Below are positions 1 to 14,054 of a stretch of DNA of 64,000 nucleotides, piece after piece. The position numbers and the translations under genes are program-made. The DNA is taken from positions 57,290,001-57,354,000 of the forward strand of contig NC_087437.1 in NCBI RefSeq assembly GCF_036321535.1. Direction: 5' to 3'. Every line of letters starts with the position of its first letter. Positions within the stretch are counted from its first letter, which is position 1. The DNA is from Camelus dromedarius. Taxonomy: Eukaryota. The notes below the pieces were generated by a model. The model searched no databases and was not told the DNA's origin. It saw only the letters and a list, made by a program, of their open reading frames with translations.

Positions 1-839
1 TAAAAAGATCTTTTTTTTTTTTTAACAGAGATGTTCCTTGGCTTTTTCTCACTATTCATGTTACTAGAGGCTGCTGTGATAAGACTGGTTTTATAGAATC
101 TCAAAATAAAAATCTGATAAAATACTACACTATTTAGAAGTTCCTATACTATAATCTGTCTACTTCTTCCAGACACGTGACTCAAACGAAAAGGTACATG
201 GTGTAATGTATACCTGCATCCTTCAATTTTAAATAAATTTAAATTACAGACTTTGTTAGAGTCTGACACTTCTACTCACTGCCCTGGTTCCTCTCTGTAA
301 ATACATCTCAGGAACAGTAATTTGGGGATAGCTATTCCACTGAGATCTCAGATTGTCAGAGGGTCAAATCCGGACTGCTATTACCGCTATTAATCTTCCT
401 CTCCCAGTGACAGCATTCCTTCTGGCAGTCTCTGAGTCTTACAGACGCATTGTAGTTCAGTCACCCAAAGGGAGTTTCAACTTTAAAAATCTATCCTTTC
501 AGCAAGTGGAAAGATGTACTGTAATTCAGGGTGAAGGAGTGCAAGCCATTTTCTATAAGGTCATTTCAAATGGAAATCATAATGAAAGTGGGAAATCTTT
601 ACGTCAGCTCAAAAATCATCTTTATTTTTGTAATGACTACCAATATCCTTTCTTATCTAATTGACAAGTTTTAGTATAATTATGAAAAGCAGCAAGTCAG
701 CCTGGAATTTTAGAAAACATACTACGTTGGATAAGAATGCAACTTTTCCTCTGTGTGGTTCGTTGTCTCCGGTCTCCTGTTTTTGCTATTCAGCTGCTCA
801 TTTTATTTCAAAGTGACTTTTCTGGAATTATATAGCAGG

Positions 840-955
840 TTGAACTGGAAAGGAACATTGAGAGCATCATGCTGCCGATGAGGGAACAGGAGTGTAGAGA
901 CTTGGGGTGATTTAGCTAAAGGCATACAGAGATGTAGTGGCAGCACCTAATCTTC
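840..955 (-). mobile_element. MIR SINE fragment
   Basis: gatgagggaacaggagtgtagagacttggggtgatttagctaaaggcatacag resembles the antisense MIR core. Confidence 0.6.
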
Positions 956-1974
956 TTCTGGGTTTTGCTGCTTTCTATCATTAAATCATACAACATATTT
1001 GCCTGTCTCTTATACATTTACACTTTTAGACTGATTAACATTTATATCCCATATGGAAACAGCAGCCACCTTTCAATATTTGACTATGGATTGATTCTAA
1101 AAATTGTCAACCAAATCATATCATCTACATTTATGGTAATGTAAATATTCTTCATTAAAAAGTGAAGATTTGTGCTAGAATTATCTTTCTTCTCTTTGGA
1201 TCCAAAGTCATAATTCTGTACTTCCCAGTTCTTACCAACAAAGATTCATAAGATTCTTCTGATTTATACTGCGCTAGGTGCCTTGAATTCATTTATGCTT
1301 CCCTACGCTAGCTTTAGGTATTCTAAGTGATGAAGAAAGACGGAAAAAGTAGAATAGCTTACTTTTTGAAGACTTTCAGTTAAACTACCTGTTTTGATTA
1401 CCACCATTGTGCTTCTCTGAGTCCAGAGCATCACTGATGTTCAGTGGACCAGACCAATTCTCTCAGCCTTCAGTTCACTCTGAGCACAAACCACTTTTCA
1501 TCTGTCTCTGCTATGTATTAATCAACATGTTCCCATATTTATTCTATCTACTAATATGTATGCTGAAATCTTTTGTTTACCATTTCTCTCACTATTGTCA
1601 TTTATCTTCTTATTTTTCTTTGATTTAAAGCAAGAAGAATAATATGTGTCCTCAGTTCACCATCATGAGTCAGAACAAGTGCTAAATTTTTGATGAACTG
1701 AAGACACCTCTCTAGTTCCTGCTCTTTTTATCTACAGCTTTCCCACTTTCTACTTATCCTGTGGTTGAAATTTCCTGAAATTACTAATACAAACAATGTT
1801 AGGATTAATTCAGATAGTATTGCTATAAAAAAAGAAGAAAAACAAAAAATGCTTATAGTTTTCCAATGCTTCTCAGTGGGAAACAGTACTCTACTTACCC
1901 CCCATCTTTCTTTCTCTCCTTTATCTACAGTCTGTCAGAGGAAGACTCACATGAGTCATAAAGTCTTGCAGTTT

Positions 1975-2610
1975 CAAATGGACTTTATTTTTAGAACAGT
2001 TTTAAGTTGAGAGCAAAATTGAACAAAATGTACAGAGAGTACCCATACCCCTCCACCCCTACACAAGCACAGCCTTCCTTACTATCAACATTCCTCCAAG
2101 ACTGGTACATTTGTTACAATCAATGGACGAACATTGACACATTGCAATCACCCAAAGTGTACAGTTTACATTATGGTTCACACTTGATGTGATACATTCT
2201 CTTGGTTTGGATAAATATATAGTGATATGTATCCATCATTATAGTATCATATGGAGTATTTCACCACCTTAAAAATAACCTATGCTTCACCTATTCATCC
2301 CTCCACCCACTCCTCAACTCTTGGCAACCACTGATTTTTTACTGTCTTCATTTTGCCTTTTTCATAACATTATATTGTTGGAATCATGCAGTATGTTATC
2401 TTTTTAGATTTTCTTCTTTTACTTAGTAATATGAATTTAAGTTTCCTCCATATCTTTTCATGGCTTGATAGCAAGTTTCTTTTTAGTGCTGAAAAATATC
2501 CCCTTGCCTAGGGGATATTTATTTAACCATTTCCCTACTGATGGCCATCTTGATTGTTTCAAAGTTCTGGCAATTATCAGTAAAGCTCCTATAAATATCT
2601 GTGTGAAGAC
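1975..2610 (-). mobile_element. LINE-1 3' end, L1MC1/L1MC2-like
   Basis: ggtacatttgttacaatcaatg...acattgacacattgcaatcacccaaag...tatccatcattatagtatcata, typical antisense L1MC 3' UTR. Confidence 0.85.
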
Positions 2611-4849
2611 TGGCAAATTTTGTACATTTTCTCTGACATAAATCAGAAATATATGAACATTTACTTATGATGAAAACACATCCAGACTCTGAAAATACAG
2701 ATCAATAATGCTGAGATCTATTTGTTTGAAAAGCACAGGCTTGGAATGTCCTACATATGCAAATATACACATTTTCAACCTCTAGATATTCTCGTGACCT
2801 TCTTCAGCTATGAAGTGAAGTTTTGACAATTCTCTCAAAGAATATCTGGCAAGAGAGTTCAGAGTGTCTGTGTAAACCCCATTGGTGCCACTGGAAAACA
2901 GTGAAAGTAACTGTCTTCTTGCTAAAATGGCCAGACTCATCTAAGTTGGATGATGATACGTTTGATAATTTTAAAGTTTTAATTTATAGATTAGAATATT
3001 ATCTGGAAAAACTTAAGGTTAGGTTATCTTTTTTTCAAGGTCCCCTTGAGCACACTCTGTTAGCTATTAGGTCATTTGATCAATGTTTCAGCTACAGACT
3101 GACAATTCCATTTCACATTTTCATCTATCATCCTTGGTCCACTTCCTCTGGGTTTCCTCACATACAATCACTTAACCAAGTGGGGCATTATAATTGCCTA
3201 ATTGTGTGTCTGGAAAAAATGATTCACTTTTATTATGCTGCCATTGTATACATAGAATTTGTATAGCTTTTCATATTTGCTTCTATAGGATAGACTTAGA
3301 AGATAACCCAGTCTAAAATCTACCATCTGTTTAGTGTCCTTAAATTCTTCAAAATAATGACATAGTGTTCTCCCCTTGTCCTGGGGGAATGTTTGCAAGT
3401 CTAATTAGTTATGTTAATCCATCTCACTTCTAGTAGGCCTCCAAATGTAATTTGATCTTGAAACACCTTTAAGATCCCTTCCAACTTTAATATTCAAGGC
3501 TCACTACAAATGTCAACTCCTTTCCAATGAAAGCCACCACAATGTTTTACTACTGTGACTTTTTAGGATACAACCAACTATTTCTCTTTACATTGTCTAA
3601 AAATATTTGTAATACAAAAGAATAAAAGTAATCTCCATATCTCTTTCAAACATGAAATACTTAGATCCATAATCTTATATCTAATCCTGCTTCTTTGATG
3701 ACCAATAATTACCAAGTGCTACTCAGAACTCAATCCATAAAATCACCTTCTTTGGGTTTCTGAGCTAAAAAAGTTTGTTTTGATATTATGAAAACAAAAA
3801 GAGAAAGGTAATCTCAGCCCTCAATTTATTTTGATTACACTTAGCCTCTCACAGTCTTATTTATTCAGACTGGGAGACCTTGTTATTACAGAGATTCTTT
3901 TCAGATCAAGAACAGACTATTTATGTTCCAGTTGAGACAGTGAATTTCTGGACCAAATCAAACCATGCTTCCCTGAACAGAATTCCACTCATCCTTCGTA
4001 CTTTTGAGAGTCTTCTAAATCTCTTACAGATGAGTGCACGTAATTCTATAATACCAATAGATTGAGGAGTTAATGTCTGCTCAAAGAAATATGAAAAGTC
4101 TCCCAAACCAGATATTTCTACCCAGGAACAATGAAGGACTTAAACTGATTAGAAGGATAAGGCTAAATGATGCATTTTTTAATAAGCTGTTAAATAGGAT
4201 TTTTTTTAGAATGAGTGTGTTGGATATCTTTTTGCTCTAGACTTACCATCTTCCTATTCTATAATAAAAATTATTCCTTCTTTGAGACTATTTGGTATAA
4301 AATGCACTAGTGTATGGGAGTAACTGTCATGTAGAGAAGCAATTCTTAACTTCAATGTTTTGATATCATTCTTGTCTTCATTGGTTTTGAAGTGCATTGA
4401 AAATCATGTGTTAATAAGGATAATGTATGTATTTTAAAAATAACTTTTAAAAGACTCAGAGTATCTCAGTAATAATTTTATTGCATTCCAATATGCTTTA
4501 CTTGAGTGAGGGACAAAGAGGTGATGTACTAACCACTTCACACAGCCTATGGAATTGGTGGAACTGAGTACATCGTGCAACGTATGCTGTAGCCAGTAGT
4601 GAGCGACTGCAGTTCATGTACTTTATTTTCCTTTAAAATCCTGTGTTTGTTTCATGAAGCTGTGGGGATGCTCATGGAAATGTGCCTCCCATGTGAGTGC
4701 TAACTGTCGTATTTTCTCTTTGCCTCCTTTGATTCAGAATATCACTTCCTTGTGCTTTCCTGAGAAACCGCCTCTATTACCTCTTCACCCTCTCAATGTG
4801 ATCCTTCTTACCAGTATTGAAATATGGTCAAGGCTCTCCCATTAAAAGA

Positions 4850-5930
4850 AATTTTAGGTCCCAGCAAAAACAACAAAATAATCTTGAGCCCATATCTTCT
4901 CTCTGTGTCCTCTTCCTTCTCTACCTACTCAAAGCCATTTTTTAAAAAAACCTTAGTTTATCCTACACTAGTCATTTCCTCACTTCCTACTGTTAATATT
5001 CAAAACATTCTAGTCTGACTTTCATTACTCTCCTGAAACAGCACTCCCCAAGGTCACCAAGGAGCTCCAAGTCACTGAACAAAATGAACACTATTCAGTC
5101 CATGTGTACTGTGAATTTGGGTGGCATTTGATATAGTTTACCACTCTCTCATTCTAGGAACTCTTGTTCCCCTTGGCTTCCATGATCCAGCACACTCCTG
5201 AGTTTGTCCCTGCCCTTTAGGTTATTTACTCAAGCTGTCCATTAAATCCTTGGAGTTCTCCAAGACTTATTTATAGATTATGTTTTCTTCTCACACTAAA
5301 CATTTTGCCTAGAGAATTTTATTTGGCTGTTAACATACGTGCAGATGACTTTCAAGTGGATGTCTCCATCCTAGACCTTTTCATATACTTGTCATCTCCA
5401 CTATCTCCAAAACCAAAAATATACTCTTGCCTCCATTCTAATCACCTACATGGTCATATCCTATTCTCTGCTACCTCAGTGTAAGAGCCCACCATCCTTT
5501 CAAGTCATGAAAGCTGGGTATCTTATCTCCTTTTACTCAACCCTTACACACTGTTTCCAATTCATTTTTAACTCCTGTCTATTCTACTTTATAAGTCTCT
5601 GAAATCTATCTTTTTTTTTTTTTATCTTTAAGGCCATCATTCTAGCCTAAGAAAACTACCCAAATGTCTACAAAAAAAAACTTTAGACAGGTTTCTCTGT
5701 CATCCACACTGGTCCTCATCTATCAGATTCTCCTTACTACAGACAGTGTTAATTTTGAACCATAAATCATATTATCTTACACATATTCTGGAAAGAATTT
5801 AACATCTTTCTACTGTATTCAGGATAAAGGACACACCTTAATGTGGTCTGAAGGGTGCTGTACGGTCTGGTCCTTGCCTACATTTTTAGCCTCATCCTGT
5901 AACTGTTGCCCCTCTGCCAGCCACACTGCA
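4850..5930 (+). mobile_element. LINE-2 fragment with degenerate RT motifs
   Basis: gaaacagcactccccaaggtcacc reads ETALPKVT, gcatttgatatagtttaccac reads AFDIVYH and gcagatgac reads ADD, remnants of L2/CR1 RT motifs ETALxKV, AFDTVDH, YADD. Confidence 0.8.
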
Positions 5931-6769
5931 CAGAGGATATATATATATATATTTCTCTTTTCCAGGAAGGATAATTCATAGAGTTCTTTTTGCTTTCCTG
6001 TGTAGACTATGCAGTCAGCCCTCAATTTATTGTATGACCAGCACTGTTTTGCACAAATGGATGAAGTACTTTTGTTTTGTTCTTCTGTTGAGATTCTATT
6101 GTACCTGTAGAGATTGATCACCTTGTAATTTAACTACTTCTTTTAGGGCTCTACATAGCATTCTATGTAGTTAGTTGGCCTTTTGCCATCATGCATTAAT
6201 TTTTAGACCCATTCATTTAATAGGCACTTATTACTCACTAATCAGTAAGAATTTTTTTGAGGTTCTGACATCAGGGAGAGGAAGTCAGGGGCAGAGCCCA
6301 TCTCAGAAACTGGTCCCGCTAATGAGGGGGTGATGAAGAAAGCCCTTAGTATGACACTAACTATTTTTATGTGTTCTGTATATTTCATGGTCCAGCCACA
6401 CATGTTTCAATCACAGAATAAACAGAAAGACTCGCTTTCATATCTCTTCCTCTACTACGTTTTCATCAGACTTCACCCTTGTAGATCAACATAATATCTT
6501 TAAAATGCTTGAAAAATATCACTTTTGCAGAATGTGATCGAAGGGAGAATTTGCTTCTCCCGTACCAGGCTCAATGCCGGCATTAGAGCCAGCTTGAAGC
6601 ATAAATGAAATAGAATTTCAGCCCTAAAGCAGCCACCGTCTATACCAGAATCATTTTAAGGCCATTATAAAATCTTGTTAATTATACCTAAGGAATTTCT
6701 TTTTAATTTTCTGTCCTCCTGTTAATTTAGTGACACTACTCCATTCCAAGTTCTTGCTGTGTCTCACCT

Positions 6770-7247
6770 GCGTTTATCTCTGATCTGTTCTCTTGGCCTA
6801 TAGCCTCTTTCTTCTTCAATATAATCTGTGCACTGATGCTGTCAGCATTATCTCACTCTTTCCTAATAAAAAAAAAAATGTCTCTTTCACTGCTCTCGTG
6901 AAAAGACCTGGTATCTCTAAACACAATGTGTCGCCTGCCTGAATACTCTTTCCCTATTCTTTCTTCTTCTCTTATCAAACTCTCACCCAGTTTTCGAAAG
7001 TGAGCACAAATGTCACCACTTGTGTGATGTCTGCTCTATACCCCCAGGCAGAGTTAATCACTCCTTCATCATTGTTTCCAGAACACACTGTTGTTTGGGG
7101 GGCGTGGCACTGTTGTTTAGCTATTAGTGCGTTTTCATTAGGCTATAAGCTCCTTCAGGACAAAAACTGTGTCTTATTCATCTTCATACACAAAGCACAT
7201 TGCCTTGTACATAGTAGGCACTCTCTATGTATACATTGACTAAATGC
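6770..7247 (+). mobile_element. LINE-2 3' end
   Basis: ggctataagctccttcaggacaaaaactgtgtcttattcatctt...gccttgtacatagtaggcactc...tgactaaatg. Confidence 0.75.
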
Positions 7248-7849
7248 AGGAAGGGGTATAATAGAATGATTTAAAATATGACATATTAAAAATTGTACCT
7301 CACTTTCCCAAAGGAGGAAATGATTCTTTCTAAAACAGAAAATTAACTAACAACAGAAAACTCAGGTTAAAAAAGTATAAAATGTCCATCCTCAAGACAG
7401 ATACCAGTGTGCAGTGCTGGGAAACTACTGAAGAGGAAGGGTCACACATAGATACTCCAGGGAAATGTGGCTGGTTAGAGACACCTGCCAATGCCATGAC
7501 CAATTTTGCCTTTTGGGAAAATAAAAAATAAACTTCATCCGGCCCATTTTCAGACATTCATTTTGAGCTCTGCAAAACACAGCTAACCAGTACCCCAATT
7601 TTTCTGCTAGTTGCTTACTGAAAAATTAAGGGCTTCCTTTTCAAAGGAGGCCAACCAGTTTAATCCAAAAGGGTTAGATCTTTTCAACTATGGAAGAACA
7701 GGAGATCCAGCAGCAAATAGGACATAGTTCTCAGTATGTGGAACTGCCTCCCTACTGAAATAAGTATGATTAGTAAAAGGGTAAGATAAATGTATAGACT
7801 AGTATACAGTATATACACTGATTTTATATTATGAGTCCCTTCTGTGGAT

Positions 7850-7950
7850 GAGAAAAGGGGGTTAAAGGTGATTTGTTGAAATCCTCCGTATTAACCAAGA
7901 TTAGAAGCTAGTTTCCTTAATTTTAAATCCAGTGCTTTTCCTCTAGATGT
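7850..7950 (-). mobile_element. MIR fragment
   Basis: ccaagattagaagctagtttccttaattttaaatccagtgcttttcc matches the antisense MIR 5' portion. Confidence 0.5.
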
Positions 7951-9544
7951 TTGTTGTTACCCCTTAAAGCACAGAACACATATTGCAGTTGCAGTGACTA
8001 GAGTTAAAGATCATTTCTAACTAATGTTTTTTTAAATATAGACACAAATGAAATATAAACACCATATTTCTTATAAACTAAGGGTTTTCATTTCTCATAA
8101 ACTATATAAGACTTACAATTTTTGGTTATAATTTAAAGCTGTAAGAAATACTTTAAAACAAAAAAAGGAGATGCAATTTAATAAGAGCATTATAGAGATG
8201 TCACCAAAACTATCTTCCAAATAAAGTGTATAACCTTTTATTTACAGTGTACTTAAAACTTGTCCTTGATCTTAAATACCCCACCATCTTAAGCTCAGTA
8301 TATATACAAAGAAGCATCATTGCTTTCATTATATTTCTGATGGTCATTCCGTTGAGAGGAGTGGGTCGCTTTAATTAACTCTTTGAGTGAGTAGTACTTA
8401 TTTGAGGCACTATACAGGCTTTGGCTCAAAACAAGTATTAGTACTATCCTGGGAAAAATTAGAATAACTACTCTGAACTTCAGAACAAATTTGAGCTGCT
8501 GATTCTTTAATTTCACTACCTTCACTTGATGTTTGTACCTTGAAAGCTAGGCTCCCCCTTTCCTTTTATCCTTCTTGGGTTGTGTGATAGGAACCTTTTG
8601 CTCCAATGACACCCTTCCTCTCGAAAATCATCTTGAGAGCATATGTTTTTACTTGCTAAGATAGCATGAATATATGAGTGTCAGTTTTTAATATAAATTT
8701 GTCAAAAGCCCAAAAGAGAGATTTGTTCACCTTTGGACCTGTCCTTATTTGGATTGTTCCAAAGAGTTAAACCATTATGGAGCCTGTTCTCTGCTCAAGA
8801 CAAAGTGGACTTGTCCATCAGGATGATGCACTGTCTTCGTTCAATTCAAGTTTACCCCATGTATTCTTAGCTGATTGAGGGGCACCTTATTTGATGGCTT
8901 CTGTCTTCCTATAAGCCAAATGTTTCTCTTTATTGCCAATTACTATGAGTTTTCTCTTTTCTCTACAATTGAATGGTAACATTAAATATTTTCCTCAAGG
9001 TTGCAAGGGGATACATTTAATTTACTCGAGCTAGACTATGTCCTTTTACCACTGGAAAGTACAAACTAGCTAAACACATGCATATATTGTAATGGCCTCC
9101 TTCTGATTTGCTTTCCTTCCAGTTTCTTCTCTATATAATACATCCTAGATTTTCTAAAATATTACTTGGCACATGTTAATACTCTGCCACAAGAACTTCT
9201 CATGCTGCTCATTGTATAAAATCAATCCCCAAATTATAAGCTTGTCTTTGCATGCTCCCTACAGTGTGTATTGTCTCTTGTATACTGTCCCGTTCTTATC
9301 TAAATTCCTCAAAGACCGAAATGGCAAATTTAAAACATGGTTATTATTATTCATGTGGGCATATTTAACTCAAGAGTGTGGACTGCAGATACCAGTGCTC
9401 TTCACTTACTATTTACATGTAAATAAAACTAATATCCTCCTTCATGCAATGATAATGCCTTATGGATTAGACACGATGCTCATTCTGCAGTAACTTAAGG
9501 CAGGAATCTTCTAGCCCAGGAGCTTAGACTCAACAGTTCTTTAG

Positions 9545-11015
9545 AATCATTAGATCACAAGTAAATAGTGAAGAACATGGTCTAGTTTTGTATATTTTCA
9601 GTGCGTGCTTAAAAAGAGTGTGGTGCCATTGAGTACTGTCATGCTTTTTGTATATTGTGTAATGACAGGAATACCATTCATATTTATTTGATGAATGTAG
9701 CCATTTTTAGGGTGGTGTGATGATTTGTCTACACAACTGTATGTGGTGATGCCTGTATTCTAAACTTATTGTGTTTAATGTCCAATATATCCTTCAAGAT
9801 CATTCTATTGATCATGCTGTTAACAATTTCAGTACCCTTACTTAAAGTTTTGTATGATTATTTTATCAGTTATTGAAAAAGTTGTGTTAAAACTTTCTAC
9901 TATGTTTTGTCTGTTTCCTCTAATCTTGTCAGTTTTAGCTTATTTATTTTGAAGCTATGTTATTAACAGCTTACAAATTTAAATTTGTTATATCCTCCTG
10001 ATGAAAGAAGTCTTTATTTTTATGAAATGACTCACTTCATATTTAAATAATACTTTTTCCTTTGAAATCCATTTCATTCAATTTTAACAAAGTCTATCAG
10101 CTTTCTTAGAGTTATTATTTATGTGGGAATATTTTCTTCATGTTTTGTTTCAGTCTTTCAGTGACTTTGTATTATGCATCATCTTTTTAAAAATAACATT
10201 TGCTTACAGTTTGAATTTATTTTCAGTCCACTATCTTAATTATAAATAAAATACTTTTACTTCCAATTATTGTAATGATACATATTTGGGTTTATGTCTG
10301 TTTTCTCAGTCTGTGTTTCTTTTTTATGCTGATTTTCATTTCCTTTCTTAGATTTTTTTCTTACGTTTTCTGTATTGATCATTTTGCCATTACCATCCCA
10401 TTGTTTCCTAAGCTGGCCTAGAACTTATGCATTTACTAATCATTTAGTGATATTGTAGAAATTATAACATACATAATTAATTACCAGTGTATAAACATAC
10501 ATAATTCACTTACCAGTGTATAAAATTAATTTTGCCAACAATATGAGAATGTAGGCCACTTTCATTCCGTTTACCCTCACTCCTGACTTCCAGTTGTGTA
10601 TTTTCATTCTGTAGTATTTAACACCTGAAGTAACAATGTTTATGTAGTCAGTGCAACTTTGAAACTAAAGTTTTATCCACACATTTGCCATTTGTTTGAG
10701 CTTCATTTCTTCTTACATCTCAGATCGTATGTCTAAATATGGATATTGTTTTATATATGATGCACAGAGTTGGCTAGAGTTCTGGAATCTATGGATTAGA
10801 TTATTTCATCACTTGATGAAAATTCTTAGCTATTCTGTCTTGAATCTGTTCCAGTCTCTATCTTATTTCCCTCCAAAACTCCAAAAAAAATATTTTAGAA
10901 CATCTCACTCTTAACCTATCACATCTTTTATTTTATTGCTTTCTATGCTAAACCAACTCACTAATAATGTCTTTAGCTGTATCTAATCTCCTATTTAATT
11001 CCTTTTATTGATTTT
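9545..11015 (-). mobile_element. Old LINE-1 (L1ME/L1M5-like) ORF2 5' region
   Basis: T-rich antisense text such as ttatcagttattgaaaaagttgtgttaaaac...ttattttgaagctatgttatta...tttaaatttgttatatcctcctga, typical of the L1 endonuclease region. Confidence 0.7.
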
Positions 11016-11875
11016 TTCTTTTTTATTGAAGTATAATTGACTTATAATATTATATTATTTAAGGTGTACAATATAGTGATTCAATATTTGTATTTATGGT
11101 CACCACAAAATGTTCACCACAATAATCTAGTTACCATCTGTCACCATACAAAATTATTACAATATTATTGACTATATTCCCTGTGCTGTACAATACATTC
11201 TCATTGCTTATTAATTTTCTAACTGGAAGTTTATGCCTCTTAATTCCCTTCCCCATTTCACATTTCCCCCACCTGCCTTCCCTCTGACAGCCACCTGTTT
11301 GTTCACTGTATCTGTTTTATTTTGTTTGCTTATTTGTTTTGTTTTTAGATTCCACATAGAAATGAAATCATATGGTATTTGTCTTTTTCTGTCTGACATA
11401 TTCCACTTAGCATAATACCCTCTAGGTCTTCCCTGCTGTTGCAAATGGCAAGATTCCATTCTTTTTTATAGCTGAGTAGTATTCCATTGTATATATAAAT
11501 GCCACATCTTTTTTATCCATCTATCCATGGGTATTTAAGTTGTTTCCATACCTTGACTATTGTAAATAATGCTGCAGTGAACACAGGGGTGCATATATCT
11601 TTTTGAATCAGTGTTTTTGTTTTCTTTGGAAAAATACCCAGAAGTGGAATTGTTATGGTAGTTCTATTTTTCATTTGTTTGAGGAGACTTCATACGATTT
11701 TCCATAGTGATTATACCAATTTACACTCCCAGCAAAAATGCAGGAGGGTTCTCTTTCCTCCATATCCTTGCAACACTTGTTATTTCTTGTCTCTTTGATG
11801 ATAGGCATTTTGACAGGTGCGAGGTGATACGCCATTGTGGTCTTGATTTGCATTTCCCTAATGATTAGTGATGTT
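11012..11875 (-). mobile_element. LINE-1 3' end, L1MA9/laurasiatherian type, nested in the older L1
   Basis: Poly-T then attgaagtataattgact; ORF 11671..11853 (MQIKTTMAYHLAPVKM..NKC) is an ORF2 C-terminal remnant. Confidence 0.92.
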
Positions 11876-12460
11876 TTATTTGGGGTTCTTGAAGATTTTT
11901 ATTTCTGGAAATTCCAGTGGTTTGTTGATTTTTAATACTTTTCTATAAACTTATCATTGCTTCTAAATTTGTAAACTTAGTAAAAACAACTGTGTCATTA
12001 TCTGGGCCAAACTATGTGAAGCACTTTGGGACTATTTCTGCTGATTTTATTTCTGGTATGGGTTTTCTCTGTGTGCTTAGTTATATTTTACACTGAGCTG
12101 CTTATTTTGCCTGAATATATTTATAGGATTACTTGAAAATATAGTAAGTTTCAGAGATGAGCTAGGTTTTCTTCTTCAAGTGGCCCAGAAATACTAATAC
12201 CTTAAACAGATTGGCTTTTTTTTTTTTTTTTTCTTTTTCTTGACCATCCAGGTCATGTCAATTTGAGTTGCAATTCAGGTTGGTGGCCGACTTGTACATC
12301 TTCCCTTACATTTGCCCTGAATAATTCCTATAAGAACTTAGAGCAAATTCCCATTTGAAAAATCCATCATTCTGTAAGTAACCATGAATTCTACTGTGAT
12401 CTTCTGCCTTTCAAAAGTATGGAAACTTGGACTCTAAGAATCGGAAAGGTCTTTACAGTT
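11876..12460 (-). mobile_element. Continuation of old L1 (5' part)
   Basis: Degenerate T-rich L1-like sequence resumes after the nested L1. Confidence 0.45.
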
Positions 12461-13089
12461 CTTTTAGTAGAATGATGCTTTTTACATTTATACATTTATT
12501 TAATTTTTCAGGCATGCACATTTTAATTTTCCACAAATGCCATTAAGTGCCTCAAAGATAGAGAGGTTTTCTCTTTTATCTCCATTTTCACTGGTATAGT
12601 GCATGATGACTGACATGTACCTATTTTGATTTATTTAAATTTGGTGGTCTGAGTTTTCTAAAGATATATTTACATTCCCTGAGAAGGTGAAAACATCAGA
12701 TTCAAAAGGCCTGAATATGTCACAATTAGCTTTCAAGAAGCTTGCTTTAATTAGCAAAAATGCAAAGGCAATTTGACATTTACTTTAATCAGAGAAAATG
12801 ATACTCTTTTAAAGTTGATTCTGTATTTTTCTCTAGCACTTGGTAAGAACTCGCCCAAATAATTCTAAATTTCCATCTTGTGGGTACAGTCTATGCTTGT
12901 ATATTTATTTGTCCCTCCTCTGTATATCTGCCTAACATGCTACAATATAACCCAAACCAGAGACACATAGAACCATGAAAAGATTGTTTTGCTTAAAATC
13001 AAGAAAAGAAACATATCTGGATCAAATTTGTTATTTCAGAAAAAAAATTAAAAATTTCCTGAATGTGAAAATGTGAATGAGAGAAAACA

Positions 13090-13270
13090 TAGTTAAGCAG
13101 ACTGGAGTTTAGAGACTTAAAGTTTTAATTCCAGTTTTTTCTGTCCCCCAAGGTAAATGACTAATTTACCTCAATAAGCAGGGAACTGAAATACCTTGGG
13201 GTGTTTTAGGAATAATGAATAAAAATTAGATAGTAATTTATGTTTGCAAAGTATTACATAAGTGCTGAAA
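13090..13270 (+). mobile_element. MIR fragment
   Basis: agcagactggagtttagagacttaaagttttaattccag resembles the MIR tRNA-derived head. Confidence 0.5.
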
Positions 13271-14054
13271 TATACAAATCATCTGAAGAGAATACTTAAT
13301 ATATATTAAATGATATGCCCTAAAATTTTTGCCAAATTGTGATTTTTTGCCTCCTAGTCAAATAAAGTATGATAAAAATTTCCACCAGATACATGGCCCA
13401 CTTGAGAAGAAGAGCCTTATAGTACAGAACATCTGTGGAAATTACTAGCTTGAATTGTACTGACTTTCAGAAGTTGGGAGAAAAGACTGACCTTTGAAGA
13501 AAGAACATCCTATTGGGACGTTTAAAGGGATCTCCATGGAATTAAGTAGAAATCTGTATCAAACTTCACTGCAGTTTCTTTTCTCCCCAATGACAATCTA
13601 TTTTTAAATATGAGAAGACACAATAATGTCCAGCCCCTCAATAACTGCACTAATCTGAATTCTCAGGGTAGGCTTCAAATCTTCTTTTGCCTTGCTTTTT
13701 TAATCCACCATGAGCTCTAGTGATCCTTAATGCTTCATAGCAGTCAGAGGATGAATCACCTTGTCTTACATCTTGACAACTGAAAGTTGCTAGTAAATTT
13801 AGACTTCATTTGTGAAAAAAAATTCAATTAAACCCACTTAAACTTTGATTCAATTTAAATTAATTTATGTGCTCTGCCACTTTTTAGTTGAATGTTTTAT
13901 TTTCTAGGCCCCCAAAAAGCAATAATAAAATATGCCTTAAAATCTGATAGCCACAATAGCCAGCTGATCTTCAGATAATGGCTTAATGATGACATAATGC
14001 ATGAAAACATTCTAAATAAAAATGTATAGAATCTAGGGGGGGTTGTGTGTGTTG

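Noticed and set aside
353..664. 103-aa ORF
   Set aside because: Non-ATG start, no recognisable domain, no convincing splice context.
2823..3266. 147-aa ORF
   Set aside because: TTG start, composition typical of random AT-rich DNA, no recognisable homology.
13130..13160. Second polypyrimidine + AAG|GTAAAT junction
   Set aside because: Inside a MIR and weaker at both splice sites than the 41377 site.
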